DNA of 63,509 bases, the filler included, from Licmophora abbreviata (lineage: Eukaryota), in the NCBI GenBank assembly GCA_900291995.1. It is 15 parts of 15 records of this genome, joined end to end, with 100 filler letters (N's around TTAATTAATTAA, not from the genome) between each part and the next. Parts side by side here need not be neighbours in the genome. Positions count along the whole stretch, not along the records: positions 32,309 to 35,298 come from OLMU01001464.1; positions 35,399 to 36,682 come from OLMU01001465.1; positions 36,783 to 38,712 come from OLMU01001466.1; positions 38,813 to 54,391 come from OLMU01001468.1; 11 more parts are not named here. One strand, 5' to 3'. The notes under the pieces were generated by a model. That model did not search any database, had not been told where the DNA came from, and saw only the letters and a list, made by a program, of their open reading frames with translations. A program made the position numbers and the translations under genes. This document shows, piece after piece, positions 32,879 through 44,590 of this stretch (the stretch's first letter is position 1; each line of letters begins with the position of its first letter).

Positions 32879-35298
32879 ATGAGGACTCTCAAGAAACGTC
32901 AAAGAAGAAGTTTGAATCAAACCGCTTCAATCCTCCCTCGGATGCTCCTCCTCCTTATCATAGCCTCGTCATCGGAAGCTTTTCTAACGAGTCGTTCTCC
33001 TAAAATACCAATCACCGTGACGAGAAGATCCTCCTCGCTCCGATCGACGACATCCGCCGGACAGGGTGGTGGCGTGTTTTACGATGGTCCAAGTGACATT
33101 AAACAACAAGGTGTATCGGATACTACTTCACTCAGAAGTGACACTTCTTCCTCTTTGCGTCTACCCGCCTTTCGACAACCTGTCCCCCAACGGAAGGATG
33201 TGGTGGTGATTGGAGGAGGCCTGGCGGGATTGTCTGCAGCCTTGTATCTCTCCCAAATCGACCCCGATCGTCATGTATGTATCCTGGAACGCGAGCGGGT
33301 GATCTCTCGCGGTAAGAAGAGTGGCACTACGACGGTCAGTAGTCTGGCGGCTGCAGGCATGTTGGCACCACAGTCGGAGCGCTTGCCTTCGGGACCACTG
33401 CTAGACCTGTGTCTGCAGTCGCGACGATTGTATCCTGACTTTTGCAATCTGGTGGAGACCTTGGCTCAAGAGGAGAGTGTGAAGGAATACTTGTGGAAAA
33501 GTGAAAAAGAGGATGGTGACACGCTGCCGCCTCATTCTGTTGGGTACATGGCGTCGGGGGGATTCTTGGCGCCGGCTTTTGCCGGTGATGCCGTGGCCAC
33601 GTGGAGTCCACCGACAACGGAGGGTACAGCATCGGCAACTTGGTTTGATGCGACGCAGGTGCTAGAGCTGGAACCCAATCTTCATCCTGACGTGGTGGGT
33701 GGGTGGTGGTTTCCAGAAGATGCCAGTGTCGATGCGAGAAGGCTCACGTGTAGTTTGCGAGCAGCCTGTGTTGCGGCCGGTGTAGAGTTCCAGCAAGGCG
33801 TCGAAGTGACGAGCTTGGATTTGTCGGATGGAAGGTGTCGGGGAGTCTGGTGTCGGACGGACGAGAGTACCAGCAACAAGTATTTGGAGACAAAGTCGGT
33901 GCTCGTTGCCAATGGCGCTTGGATGCGACAGCTTTTGCCTGTACCACTGGAACCGCACAAGGGACAGTCGCTATCGTTGCGCATGCCGCCCAATCAGCCT
34001 CCTATCTTGAAACGGGTCTTGTTTGCACAAGATTCATATATTGTGCCGAAAGCCGATGGCCGCATCGTGGTTGGAGCGACAGTGGAAGCCGGCAGTTACG
34101 ATCCAAATGTGACGCCAGCTGGCGTGTTACATATACTGTCCCATGCACTGCAGCTTGTGCCAGGATTGGCCGACTTGCCGATGGAGGAAACATGGGTAGG
34201 ATTGCGACCGACAACACCCGATAAGGGACCTATCCTGGGCAAGACGCCGTGGGACAACTTGTTCTTGGCCGGCGGCTACTGGCGGAACGGCGTTCTGCTG
34301 GCTCCCAAAACGGGTCAACTGCTGGCAGCATTACTTGCTGGGAATGGCGAACTCTTGCCTCCGGCCGATCAGGCCTTGCTGGATGCCTTTTCGTGGGACC
34401 GCTTTACTTCTTCCGAAGGAGGTGCCAAGCTGGCGGCTGACGCGCGGTATGCGGCATCTATGCATCCCATTCATCAGCGGTCGTCAGGGGCTGGTGTAGC
34501 TGCTTCCGTTGGCACTGAGTTGGGGTCCTATTCGACGGCACGGGCGGCATCTGAGGAGCGACAGAAGGATCGTCGCGCTTTGTTTGAATCAGGGGACGAT
34601 GATTCACTGGAAGAGCCGCCATGTTGGGACAGCAGGATGCAGGTGTATTCAGTTACGAAAGCGCGGGCCTAGATGATGAAACAGGGAGTGGTATTGATCC
34701 GACTGCGCTTGCTGCTGACTTACCCGAGCCTGAGACAAAAGCGCTCCCCTCATCAACAGCTAAGAAGGCGGTGGCGTCTCTGCAACCTGCCACAACATCC
34801 CCGTATGAAGGATCGGCGGACGCCCTGACGGTGAGTCACTCTCCTGCCGACGATGACGGCGAGGAAGAAAGCATGACTGCAATCTATGAAAGGATTAGAG
34901 AAACCAAAGCTCAGAACGCTCAGTTCGAAATGGGGGAGTCGAAAGTGGAAGAGCGACCTGACCCAGGTTTTCGCATTTACCACGTGGACGAGACAGGCGA
35001 GTTTCGAGTTGTTCCCCCATACACGAGCCCGGAGGAAATGGCGCAAATTGTGGCAAAGGCAAGACAGTCGGGCACGAAATCCCATAGTGAAACTGCTCCA
35101 GCCAAGCTCGCAGTCGATCAGGAAGACAGAGAGATCGCTTCGGACGAGGGAAGTGCTACTTTCGACGGCTACCAAGTCATCCAAGAAGCCAATAGTGGTG
35201 TGTCTTCCGGGGACACGGCCCGAACCATGCGGGAGCTTCGACAGCTTGCGCAGAGTGAGTCAGAGAGTCTCAGCATCGATGAAGATGCTTTATCGGCA
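32879..35298 (+). CDS. thiO: FAD-dependent glycine oxidase (ThiO-like), probably plastid-targeted, with an acidic C-terminal extension; apparent -1 frameshift near 34612; 3'-partial
   Basis: VVIGGGLAG, SLAAAGMLAPQSE, YIVPKADGRIVVGATVE, GLRPTTPD, GYWRNGVLLAP; signal LLLLIIASSSEA-FL. Start at 32879 or 32942. Confidence 0.85.
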
Positions 35299-35398
35299 NN
35301 NNNNNNNNNNNNNNNNNNNNNNNNNNNNNNNNNNNNNNNNNNTTAATTAATTAANNNNNNNNNNNNNNNNNNNNNNNNNNNNNNNNNNNNNNNNNNNN

Positions 35399-36554
35399 CG
35401 TTGTCCGCATGAGGCAGTGGCGCAATGCGTTCCCCCAACACGGTCAAAATGCGCTCCACTTCTTCCAAAACTTCTTTTAGAGATATTCTCCTTTCCCGAC
35501 GCTGTTCCAGCATGCGGTGCAGGAGTGCATCTACGTCTTGTGAATACCACTGTTGCAGAGTGCTTGGCAGCGTTGGGAGACCAGACAGTATACGCAGAGG
35601 CGTACATTCACACACAAGTAATCGATTGCTTCGAAATTCACACTCCATCGGGGATGATCCATACAGCAGTGCAAACAGAGTACATCCCAAACTCCAGACA
35701 TCGACGAGCGCGAAATCAATGTCGGCGTCCCCCGCCCGCACACCTCCTTCCAGTAGTTCTGGAGGTCGGTATGGCAACGTCGTGTGTGAGCTAGCCGTCT
35801 CCACCAGCTGTAGCACATCTCTTCGACTGCTTATACTTTGTTTCAATGGTCCTGAAGACCCAAAGTCCATAATGACTGGCGTGGTCTTGTTTCTCAGCAA
35901 GACATTTTCCAGCTTCAGGTCGCGGTGGGAGTATCCAGCTGCATGCATTGCTGTAACGCCTCGAAGTACCTGATGGAACAAGAAAAGTGCAGATGATTCG
36001 GGCCAGGGGGAGGGTGTATGATCTTCCAACATTCGTCGATTGACTTCGCTGCGGAGTGAATGGGGCATATAGGGAAAGAGCAGATAGGCCACAGTGCCGT
36101 GTTCTTGCAAGGAGAACCCGAGCAGTGGCATGACGTTGACATGTTTGATGTTTCGGTGCACTCCAACTTCTCTTTGTATGCTTTCGAGCATGTCTCGATC
36201 TGCCACCATGACGCGTTTGATCACGTATTTCTTGTTGGGACGACTCGCATCAATGGCGTCAAAGACGTACGAGTAACCACCCTCGGCAATTTGACGTCCT
36301 TGACGAACGACACGACCAGTATCCAGTACAATGCGAGGACCACTAGTAGCAGTGGTGAAGTTAGAGAGTTTCGAGATGATCCAGGACCAGAGCCAGCGGA
36401 GAGTCTGCAGAATCCAGCGAGACCAAGAGAGTGGGGGAGTGTCGCGGGATGCGTTGCTGCTGTGGCTGTTTTCGATGTGCATGTTTTCTGAAAAACCGTT
36501 GCTGTTCCCTTTAGAAGTATTCGTCTGTCCTCGAGAAGAATGACGCTGGTACAT
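35399..36554 (-). CDS. STK16: Ser/Thr kinase, NAK/STK16-like; 3'-partial
   Basis: IAEGGYSYV, HRDLKLENVLL, IMDFGS, TTLPYRPPEL, DVWSLGCTLFALLYGSSP. Confidence 0.88.
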
Positions 36555-37142
36555 TCACGCAGAGATGGGGGAGGGGAGACAGAAGTCGAACTGAATGCAG
36601 TTGCTGATTGCTCTTGGTTAGACTACGCCCGTGTTTCTCTCATGGTCGAGAAGTGTCGAATGCCTTTCGTCCAGGAAAGAATNNNNNNNNNNNNNNNNNN
36701 NNNNNNNNNNNNNNNNNNNNNNNNNNTTAATTAATTAANNNNNNNNNNNNNNNNNNNNNNNNNNNNNNNNNNNNNNNNNNNNCCGAGGTTTTGGAGTAAA
36801 TTGTACTGAAAAAGCCAAAATCTAAAATTGATTTGCACCTTTCTCACAGTGCAGTCGTAGCCTTACCGGTACCGGTACCAGAAGACTTGCCTAGTCTAGA
36901 TGTCAAGGAAACCTGGAGGAGAGCACAGGGCGCAATAATGTAAACGGTCAAAGGATGTCCCGAAGTAAAGGGCATGTATCAAGTGTGATGTAGTTAACAA
37001 AACAAAAAGTAGCTTAGTATAGCTAGCTGGTCATGGCGAAAATTCCCAAGGTATCTTGATCATAGCCAGTGATTATGAATACACTATCTCTCCATTTGTC
37101 GACCTCTTGTTAGACTAGCAGTAGTACTCAACAACTTCCCGC

Positions 37143-37844
37143 TTACTCGTATGCGACATCACAAGTTTCGTCGGGACTAGGCTCACTTTTGACGACTGCA
37201 ACTTCGGCGCATCGAAGCACACGTTCGTTCAGAAAATAACCAGTCTTGATGATGTGGCCGACCGTATCCGCATCCTTTTCAGGGTCAGGAAACTCGCAGA
37301 GAGCATGATGAATGTTATGATCGAAGGGATCCCCCACTGCCCCATACCTCACGATCCCGCTCATTTCAAACGCCTGGTCAAGTCTCTGCTCAGTCATTTG
37401 AACGCCCTCACAAAGAGCCTTGAGAGCATCGTTTGCTTCCTTCTCCTCCGCTGGCACAGCTTCGAGGGCCCTGGTCAAATTGTCCCTTACATCCAAAAGA
37501 GTCAAGAAAATTTCAGTGTTGTCTTGTTTGGCTGGCATACGCCCAAGCTTGGCCTGGAGTTCTTGGATTTGAAGTTCGAGCTGCGTTTCTCTGGGATTCA
37601 CTTCCGGTACTACCATTTCTGGGGGAGATTTTTTACGGAATGTATGTAATCGGGAATGAGGTTGCTTCTTGTCCCACCCGTTTGGTTCTGTGGTGTTTAT
37701 CCCGTCCGTGTTGAGATTTCGGATACGTGTCAGAAGAAGTCGTGGCTTCGAGGGAACAATATCTACGACAAAGGCTGCATCACAGGCACCGGGGAGCAGG
37801 AAAATCACTAATGCGGCAGTCCTGCAGATATTGATAGTCATCAT
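37143..37844 (-). CDS. grpE: GrpE nucleotide exchange factor-like protein with N-terminal signal peptide
   Basis: LLDVRDNLTRAL, EGVQMT, GDPFDHNIHHAL, TGYFLNERVLRCAEVAV. Confidence 0.85.
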   Translation of the reverse strand: MMTINICRTAALVIFLLPGACDAAFVVDIVPSKPRLLLTRIRNLNTDGINTTEPNGWDKKQPHSRLHTFRKKSPPEMVVPEVNPRETQLELQIQELQAKLGRMPAKQDNTEIFLTLLDVRDNLTRALEAVPAEEKEANDALKALCEGVQMTEQRLDQAFEMSGIVRYGAVGDPFDHNIHHALCEFPDPEKDADTVGHIIKTGYFLNERVLRCAEVAVVKSEPSPDETCDVAYE

Positions 37845-38193
37845 CCTCGTTCGGTGATTCGGACAAAGGCACTAACTAAGGTCGTCTCGTCAGAGCTGTA
37901 AGTTCATGCGGTTGTGGCGTGTTGAGGTTGTGGGCTCTCTCGCTTGTGTGTGAAAGAAGCTTTTGGCGAGAAGCAACACGCTTAAAACACGGAGGCGCGC
38001 GCTCGCAGAACGATTTGCCTCGTCTGTCAGTCGTGCGATAGTAATGGACTTCTTCGACTCCAATTCTTCCATGCAGTTCGCTCAACTCGCGCGTGGATAG
38101 GTTCGTTGCCACAATGACTGTAAACGACGCGATGCTCCAGCAGCCGCAGTTTGGGCTCCTTAGTGTCCCTGTTTCTTGGTTATCATCGTCATA

Positions 38194-38984
38194 ATGAGTG
38201 CTTCGGAAGACACCCTTTCCATCTCGTTAACCATTACGGCGAGTCCTAGTACTCCTCGGATTCCTCTGGTGCTCTCCAAGACCGCCACGCCTTCCGTCCT
38301 TCGCGCGCAGGCATCGGAGGCGACCTCCATTCCCATCGAATCGCTGCGCTTGATTTTCCGTGGACGTCTCATTGCCGCTAATGACACAAAGAGTGTAGTC
38401 GAGGAGTACAAGCTGGAAACTGACTGTGTCTTGCACTGTATGGGAAAGCCTGTGGCAAAGAAGAAGCAAGAAAAGGAGACCGCTGCTGCTGTTTAGGAGC
38501 ACCCGCTCCGGCGGGATCGACAGTCTCCATGATGGCGGCTCCTGCCGCAAATCGTTCTTCTACTTCATCACCATTGTCGCTTCCACAGGCGCTGACTACA
38601 CTTCGCTCCTCCAATACGGCCAGTGTCTATCTGACTGCCGTCACGACCCTTCAGAAGATACTTACCAACATTATTAGTAAACCATTGGAAGAAAAGTACC
38701 GCAAGGTCAAACNNNNNNNNNNNNNNNNNNNNNNNNNNNNNNNNNNNNNNNNNNNNTTAATTAATTAANNNNNNNNNNNNNNNNNNNNNNNNNNNNNNNN
38801 NNNNNNNNNNNNAGCGGGTTTGGGCGGTGGTATGCCTGGAGCAGGTACTCCTGCCGCTACAGCACCTTCTAATGCTAACAACAGTGGCGCCAACACAGCA
38901 AACACTGGTGGTCAAGCGGACCAGGAAATGACAGAGGAAGAAATGCTGGAAGAAGCGATAAGACGGTCTCTTCAGGAGGGTTGA
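38194..38984 (+). CDS. UBL-PUB-...-UIM protein; apparent -1 frameshift near 38493; spans gap 38713-38812
   Basis: UBL LRLIFRGRLI...VLHCM; PUB TLQKILTNIISKPLEEKYRKVK; C-terminal UIM MTEEEMLEEAIRRSLQEG-stop after the gap. Confidence 0.75.
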
Positions 38985-39023
38985 GCTCACGGTCATTCCG
39001 GTGCGGTGCGGTGCGATTTTATC

Positions 39024-39863
39024 TTAACTACTTGGTTCAAAGACAGCAGGCGTCTTCCATAGACCTGGTAGAACGCTCCGTAGCTCGTCTACGGTCTCAA
39101 TGGCAACATCCACGGCCGGGTCGTGTTCGTTCGGAGCATCACCTGGTTTGGTTGCTTCGGCCGCATCAGCGTTCCTTGACGACATGCTCGGAGGACTCCT
39201 CTGGCTTCGTCCCTTACCCGTTATTAGAACAGTCTTCATTCCAAGCTCTTTACATTTTTGAATGTTCTTCATGCTGTCCTCCACCATGATGCACTCCTCT
39301 CCTCTGACACCGAGCTTGTCAAAGACCACTTGAAAGGCAGCCGCTTCTGGCTTGCAGTGCGGCAGAACATCATCCACGGCATACACACGATCGTCCCCGA
39401 AAATCTCAAGTAGATTCAGTTCCTTCAGAGCTCGCAATACGTACTTGCGCGGTCCGTTCGAGAACGCAACGAGATTCAATGGACACTCTTGTAGGTCTCG
39501 TCGAAATGACTTGTCCAATGCGTCGCGGGAATCTTTCAAGATGGAGAAATCAAGATTGTTCGCCCAGTATTCTGCCAGGTCTTTAGGATCGAAGTGAGCT
39601 CCTTCTGGAATCTTTCCTTCCTGTTCCGCCACGATGAGACCTTTGGCAGTGGCGTGGTACCTTTCAAAGTACTCGTCGCGAATCAATTTGGCAGCAGACA
39701 GATTCTCAAAGTTGAGATGAGAGACCATGAATTTCTGTACTCCCTCGCCATTTCGATGTGCCGTAAAGCCTGTCCCGACATCATATAAAGTGTCATCGAC
39801 ATCAAAGATTAGCGTGGTAATGGTGGATGCTTCCGAAGCAGTGGAGTCGGTGCGGGGTGTCAT
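39024..39863 (-). CDS. HAD-superfamily pyrimidine 5'-nucleotidase (SDT1-like)
   Basis: LIFDVDDTLY, FSNG, CKPE, MVEDSMKNI. Confidence 0.88.
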   Translation of the reverse strand: MTPRTDSTASEASTITTLIFDVDDTLYDVGTGFTAHRNGEGVQKFMVSHLNFENLSAAKLIRDEYFERYHATAKGLIVAEQEGKIPEGAHFDPKDLAEYWANNLDFSILKDSRDALDKSFRRDLQECPLNLVAFSNGPRKYVLRALKELNLLEIFGDDRVYAVDDVLPHCKPEAAAFQVVFDKLGVRGEECIMVEDSMKNIQKCKELGMKTVLITGKGRSQRSPPSMSSRNADAAEATKPGDAPNEHDPAVDVAIETVDELRSVLPGLWKTPAVFEPSS

Positions 39864-40208
39864 GGTCTGAGTCGGAGGCCGGAGAGTGGAAAAATGTGAC
39901 GAAAAGTGTGGAACGACATAATATCCGGGTTTCCTTTTCACGAGCTCGTTCTTATTCCAAACCTCCATCAGACTTCGTACAGCATTCTCTTTGTTGCGCG
40001 CGCACACTGCGCGTTGCTGAGCTGATCAAAAGTGCACCAATGCCGCGTGGCGACATCCGACTTCCACATCATCTTCACAACACAACACACACCATGAAGT
40101 GCCGACGGCCTGTCGTTCTCTCCTTCATGGCACCCTTCGTTGCATCCAGTCTTCTGATTATTTCTTTCGTTCGAGAGTGTCTATCAACATAGAGATCTGA
40201 ATAAAACT

Positions 40209-40889
40209 ATGCCGAACGAAGGAGAGATACCGCCAACGCGGGCGAGTGTTACGGACACGAAGCCACGACCACCAACGAGCGAGGCCGAATGGGGATTGCT
40301 GCGAGAGGCTTACAGGAAAGCCAAGCAGGATACGGACGAGAGCGATGTTACATTGTTCAAAACCATGGAGGCCAAGGATAATGGCTTCAAGATTCCTTTT
40401 GAAGTACGGACTTCACCGGGAAAGGGAAGAGGTGTGTTCAGTACCAAGTTTCTGGCCAAAGGCACCCTGGTGAACGAGGATCGGTCCGGGAAATTCCATA
40501 GCGAGGACCAGTGGAGAACATTTTTAGAGTCTGTCCCTCATGAGCTGGCGCAAGATTGTTGCGAGTGGGCCTATGTTGAAGAGTTTCAGGGGAGAAACGC
40601 TGTCTTTCTGGACTTCTCCGAGGCCGCCATGATGAACCACGGTGACTGCATGTCGACACGGCAAAAGACATGCCCTTGCTGCAGTACTCGAACATTGTCA
40701 AAGGCCAATCTGAAAGAAAAACTCATCAACGGTGTGTGGTGTTATATTGCTAGTCGCGAAATTGAGGCCGACGAAGAGCTGTTGGTTGATTACACTGACT
40801 TTCACGACTATGACGAGCCCTTGCAATGGTTCGAAGATATTTGGGACGAATACCATCCCGACGCAGATCCCAATGCTACCTACTACTGA
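40209..40889 (+). CDS. Small SET-domain protein
   Basis: SPGKGRGVF...KGTLV, AMMNHG, ASREIEADEELLVDY. Confidence 0.85.
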   Translation: MPNEGEIPPTRASVTDTKPRPPTSEAEWGLLREAYRKAKQDTDESDVTLFKTMEAKDNGFKIPFEVRTSPGKGRGVFSTKFLAKGTLVNEDRSGKFHSEDQWRTFLESVPHELAQDCCEWAYVEEFQGRNAVFLDFSEAAMMNHGDCMSTRQKTCPCCSTRTLSKANLKEKLINGVWCYIASREIEADEELLVDYTDFHDYDEPLQWFEDIWDEYHPDADPNATYY

Positions 40890-41014
40890 GGCGACAAACT
40901 ATAGAAGCCTCGGCATGCTCGTTTGTACCTTTTCCACTCCAGCTATTGATATGAGAGTTATAGAATATCCGACAATGTATTCGCAGGCTGCTAGACTTAC
41001 AGCACTAAAGAGAG

Positions 41015-42166
41015 TCATCGCACGACCTCTCCGTTAGCGTTATACCACTTGCCTGCTAGTGGAAGAAACTTTGGCGAGCTGATTCCTCTACTTTCAAAAT
41101 ACACACGAACAGTCGGGGCCGTCGGTTCCTGGCTACGGTACGCGCAAAAGTGCAGGTGGGGCTCGGGCGAGAACCCCACACTGCCGCTGCTTCCAATCGG
41201 TTGACCCTTTTTTACTCGATCCCCTGGTCTCACCAGTGCGCTCTTGGTTTGAACGTGTACGTATTCAACAAAGAGTGGACCTCCAACTGCAGATTGGTCG
41301 ACGCCCTCGCATGAATCCATTTCAACCAGGATACTGTTCCATTCGAAAAGGTTTGACACTGCCACGCCAGAGAGAGTATTACGGTCTTGAACATGCGTCA
41401 CAACGCCATCGCCAACCGCAAGTAAAGGCGTCCCAACAGAACACCGAAAGTCGATTGCATGCAGATTTCCAGCGAAAAAATGAGTCAGACGTCCACCTTC
41501 CCCCTGTGTACACAGATATGCTTGTTCCACTAATGATTCTTCTCTCCTATCCTCATCGTTTGTGATCTTTTCACCTTGTACACCGCCTGCCTCCTGCCTG
41601 TTCTGATTGCTGCATGCCAACGGAAAGCCGAGCAATACTGGGTGCGTATCCTCAAGATTCGGATGTGCTGTCCAATCTTGCACATCGCTATCAATATCCA
41701 CATCCATCATGCTCTGGTGGTCCAGGATATCAATCGTACATAGATGAGCAAACGTTCGTGGTGGGCACAGGACAATAAACGTGACGCAGCGCCGCGTCCT
41801 GCCGCTATTGTCCGTAGTACTCGCCGCTATGAGTCGCTGCCCGTTTTTGTTTCGAAGTGGCGTGTCGTCGTACACGGTAATGTAAGCTACGCGTGTGTTT
41901 CCTGTTATATTGCATAGCGTCAGTGTCTTGTCGTGAGGATCGAGCGCCACGTCGGGAACCTCTTGGCCACCAAAGTCGTCTGGATCTATGTCGTCTTCCC
42001 ATTCCAGCATGCCCCAGTCGTTCGATTTAGCAGTGTTGCCTCTCTGAGCAATGTAGCATCCTATCCCAGCCTCAGATACAAAGTTAGAGTGTACATGAAG
42101 CTTCGATTGGTTGTTTGTTGCGGATTTCGGCCGCCGTCGGCGATTCTTACGGCTGTTCTTTGCCAT
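41015..42166 (-). CDS. M23 family metallopeptidase-domain protein
   Basis: LHAIDF...GTPLLAVGDGVV, EYVHV, VRPGDRVKKGQPIG.SGSVGFSPEPHLHF. Confidence 0.85.
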   Translation of the reverse strand: MAKNSRKNRRRRPKSATNNQSKLHVHSNFVSEAGIGCYIAQRGNTAKSNDWGMLEWEDDIDPDDFGGQEVPDVALDPHDKTLTLCNITGNTRVAYITVYDDTPLRNKNGQRLIAASTTDNSGRTRRCVTFIVLCPPRTFAHLCTIDILDHQSMMDVDIDSDVQDWTAHPNLEDTHPVLLGFPLACSNQNRQEAGGVQGEKITNDEDRREESLVEQAYLCTQGEGGRLTHFFAGNLHAIDFRCSVGTPLLAVGDGVVTHVQDRNTLSGVAVSNLFEWNSILVEMDSCEGVDQSAVGGPLFVEYVHVQTKSALVRPGDRVKKGQPIGSSGSVGFSPEPHLHFCAYRSQEPTAPTVRVYFESRGISSPKFLPLAGKWYNANGEVVR

Positions 42167-42478
42167 GGTGCGTTGTGGACGCGCCGTTTCGCGCCGCCGC
42201 CACGAGGTTTCTGTTTCGTTTTTGATTTTGTGACGTGTGACGGGCAGACTTCGTTTTCCCAAAGTAGCAGCATGTTGACGCGTATGTGGATTCTACACGG
42301 ATTGCAGTATTGAAACATATCACGTACGAGTTCATGAATTTGAGAGAACCGATTCTCACTTCTTCGGATTTTGCTTCAACGCAATGATGATGATGATGGG
42401 ATAAGCTTCTTCTGTGCCTAGAGAACTTCCGCTTGCCCTAATTTACCTGCCCTGTGGTACACATTCGAGGACGAAGTC

Positions 42479-44474
42479 ATGACGCAGAGAGTCAATGCTA
42501 CTGTAATCTCTGTGGCGACAACGGTTCTCCTTCTTTCGTTTCGATCATCATCATCATTTGCCTTTTTGAATGTTTTGTCGCGACAAAGACATGGCACTAC
42601 AGGCCAGGTCTCATCACCATCTTTTTCTCGGTTGACTTCTCTTTCGTCTTATGAAGTTGATCGTGATGAAGAATCGGAGCAGCACCTGCCAAAAACGCCA
42701 ATTGCCTTTGTCCCGTCCACCAGTAACGGAGACGGAAATGCCGCTGCGGAGGAGCACCTCACAGCTACGTCTTCCTTGGATACAGATAGTAGCCCTACAG
42801 ATGGCCGTTTTAGCTCCGTGTTGAATGCTGTTGGACTGGCTGATAAGGTTCACCAGGCAGACAAACTGCCGGCTCATCGTCTAGTGAGCCCGAATGATGT
42901 CTTTTGCAACCGCGAATTGCGGCTGAGTGGTATTCGAGCTGTCGGTTTTGACATGGACTATACGCTGGCGCAGTACCAGCAGCCAGCCTTTGACAAGCTG
43001 GCCTTTGATGGGGCGAAAGAGAAGCTCGTCCAGGCGTTGGGGTATCCAAGCGAAGTTTTGGACTTTGAATATGACCATGAGCGTTGGGCGCGTGGACTGA
43101 TTATCGACACGCAGCGAGGGAACTTTCTCAAGATTGATCGACACAAGTACGTGCGGGTGGCCTTTCACGGCTTTGATCGCATCAGCTCCACCACGCGGAA
43201 GCATCTCTACAGTCGAACTTTCAACGTGGTGCCGTCCTTTTCGGAAAAGCACTTTGTCAATATGGACACTCTGTTTCAGCTGGTCGATGCCCAATTGTTT
43301 GCTAGCCTGATTGAACTCAAGGACAAGGGTGAACACGACTTTTTGGATTTCAAAACATACGAAGAGCTCTATCGACATGTTCGAGAGTGTGTGGATCTAT
43401 GTCACCGCGACGGCGTCATCAAGGACGAAGTAGCGCGGAATCCTGAAACTTATATCGTCCTCGACAAGGGGCTGCTACCAATGCTTCGGCAGTTCCGACA
43501 GAATGGCGTCAAGGTGTTTCTCTTGACAAACTCTTACTGGGAGTACACTTCCGTCGCGATGAACTACCTTTATCATGGCCGCAATGTAGACAATGAGCTG
43601 AAACTAAAAAATGAATGGCTTGAGCTATTTGACTTGGCGTAAGTACATTCTTTTTTGTCCGAATTGACGATTTCTGCTCGGATGCTACTCCTCATTCGAT
43701 CTACTTACGGTTCTGCTTTATCTGTCCTTTAGAATTGTGGGATCATGTAAGCCTGCATACATGGTGGACTCGTACCTCAATCTTTTTCGCGTGAACCCTG
43801 AGGACGGCTCGTTGCTGAATACTGACGGCCTTTTTGAGATTGAAGCATTGGGTGAGAACGGAGCTGAGAAGTTTCTGTCAAAAGGCAAAACGTTTCAGGG
43901 TGGAAACTGGAATCACCTGCAGGCCATGTTGGAGATTGAGGCTGGTGAAGAAATTCTCTACGTTGGGGATCACTTGTATGCAGACGTCTTGCGTTCCAAA
44001 CGAACATTGGGTTGGCGATCCGCTTTTATTGTCCCGGAACTTGAGGAAGAGATGCGAGTGTTCCATGAAAACATGCCACTTCTGAATCAGATTACTGAGT
44101 TGCGGAAGCTGAGAGACGAACTAAGTCACTATGGAGACGAGCTGAGACGGAGCAATAGCGATCAAAAGAAACTCGACAAAGCACTAAGTGGACTGGAAGA
44201 AGACGACATGATGATCAAGGAGAAGTTGACAGAAATGGCAGAACGCTGGCATGCCTCTTTTCATCCCGTATGGGGGGCAATGTTCCTCGCTGGCTACCAG
44301 GATTCGAGGTTTGCATTTTACGTACAAAACTATGCATGTTTGTACACGGCACGGGCCACCAATCTTGGCCTGTCCCACACATCGCGATCTTTCCGAACCA
44401 GTTCCGAGATGCTACCTCACGACAACCTCATTGCCGATCCTGGCAGTGCGTTCGTAGAGTATGATGCGTGGTAA
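42479..44474 (+). CDS. HAD-IG 5'-nucleotidase (cN-II/NT5DC family), plastid-type presequence; intron 43639-43732
   Basis: GFDMDYTLAQY, FLLTNS, YVGDHLYADVLRSK; presequence SSSFA-FL. Confidence 0.92.
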
Positions 44475-44590
44475 TTCTACTGCTACGAGTGGAAAGCGCA
44501 GGACCTGTAATTCAGCATACATACTTCTTAGAAGATTCTTAGAAGATCAGTGTGTACAACTCCCATAAGAAGCAGCTTTTTGTCGCCCTT

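Noticed and set aside
34610..38498. Programmed -1 frameshifting or pseudogenes in ThiO-like and UBL-PUB
   Set aside because: Both are single missing bases in short homopolymers, with no X-XXY-YYZ slippery heptamer and intact coding on both sides. Sequencing error is more likely; reads would decide.
38982..38984. Other TGA stops (e.g. UBL-PUB-UIM 38982, gene 1 at 1429, PUS fusion 60639) as Sec codons
   Set aside because: They are not in redox motifs, the domains are complete before the stop, and I saw no SECIS-like fold downstream.
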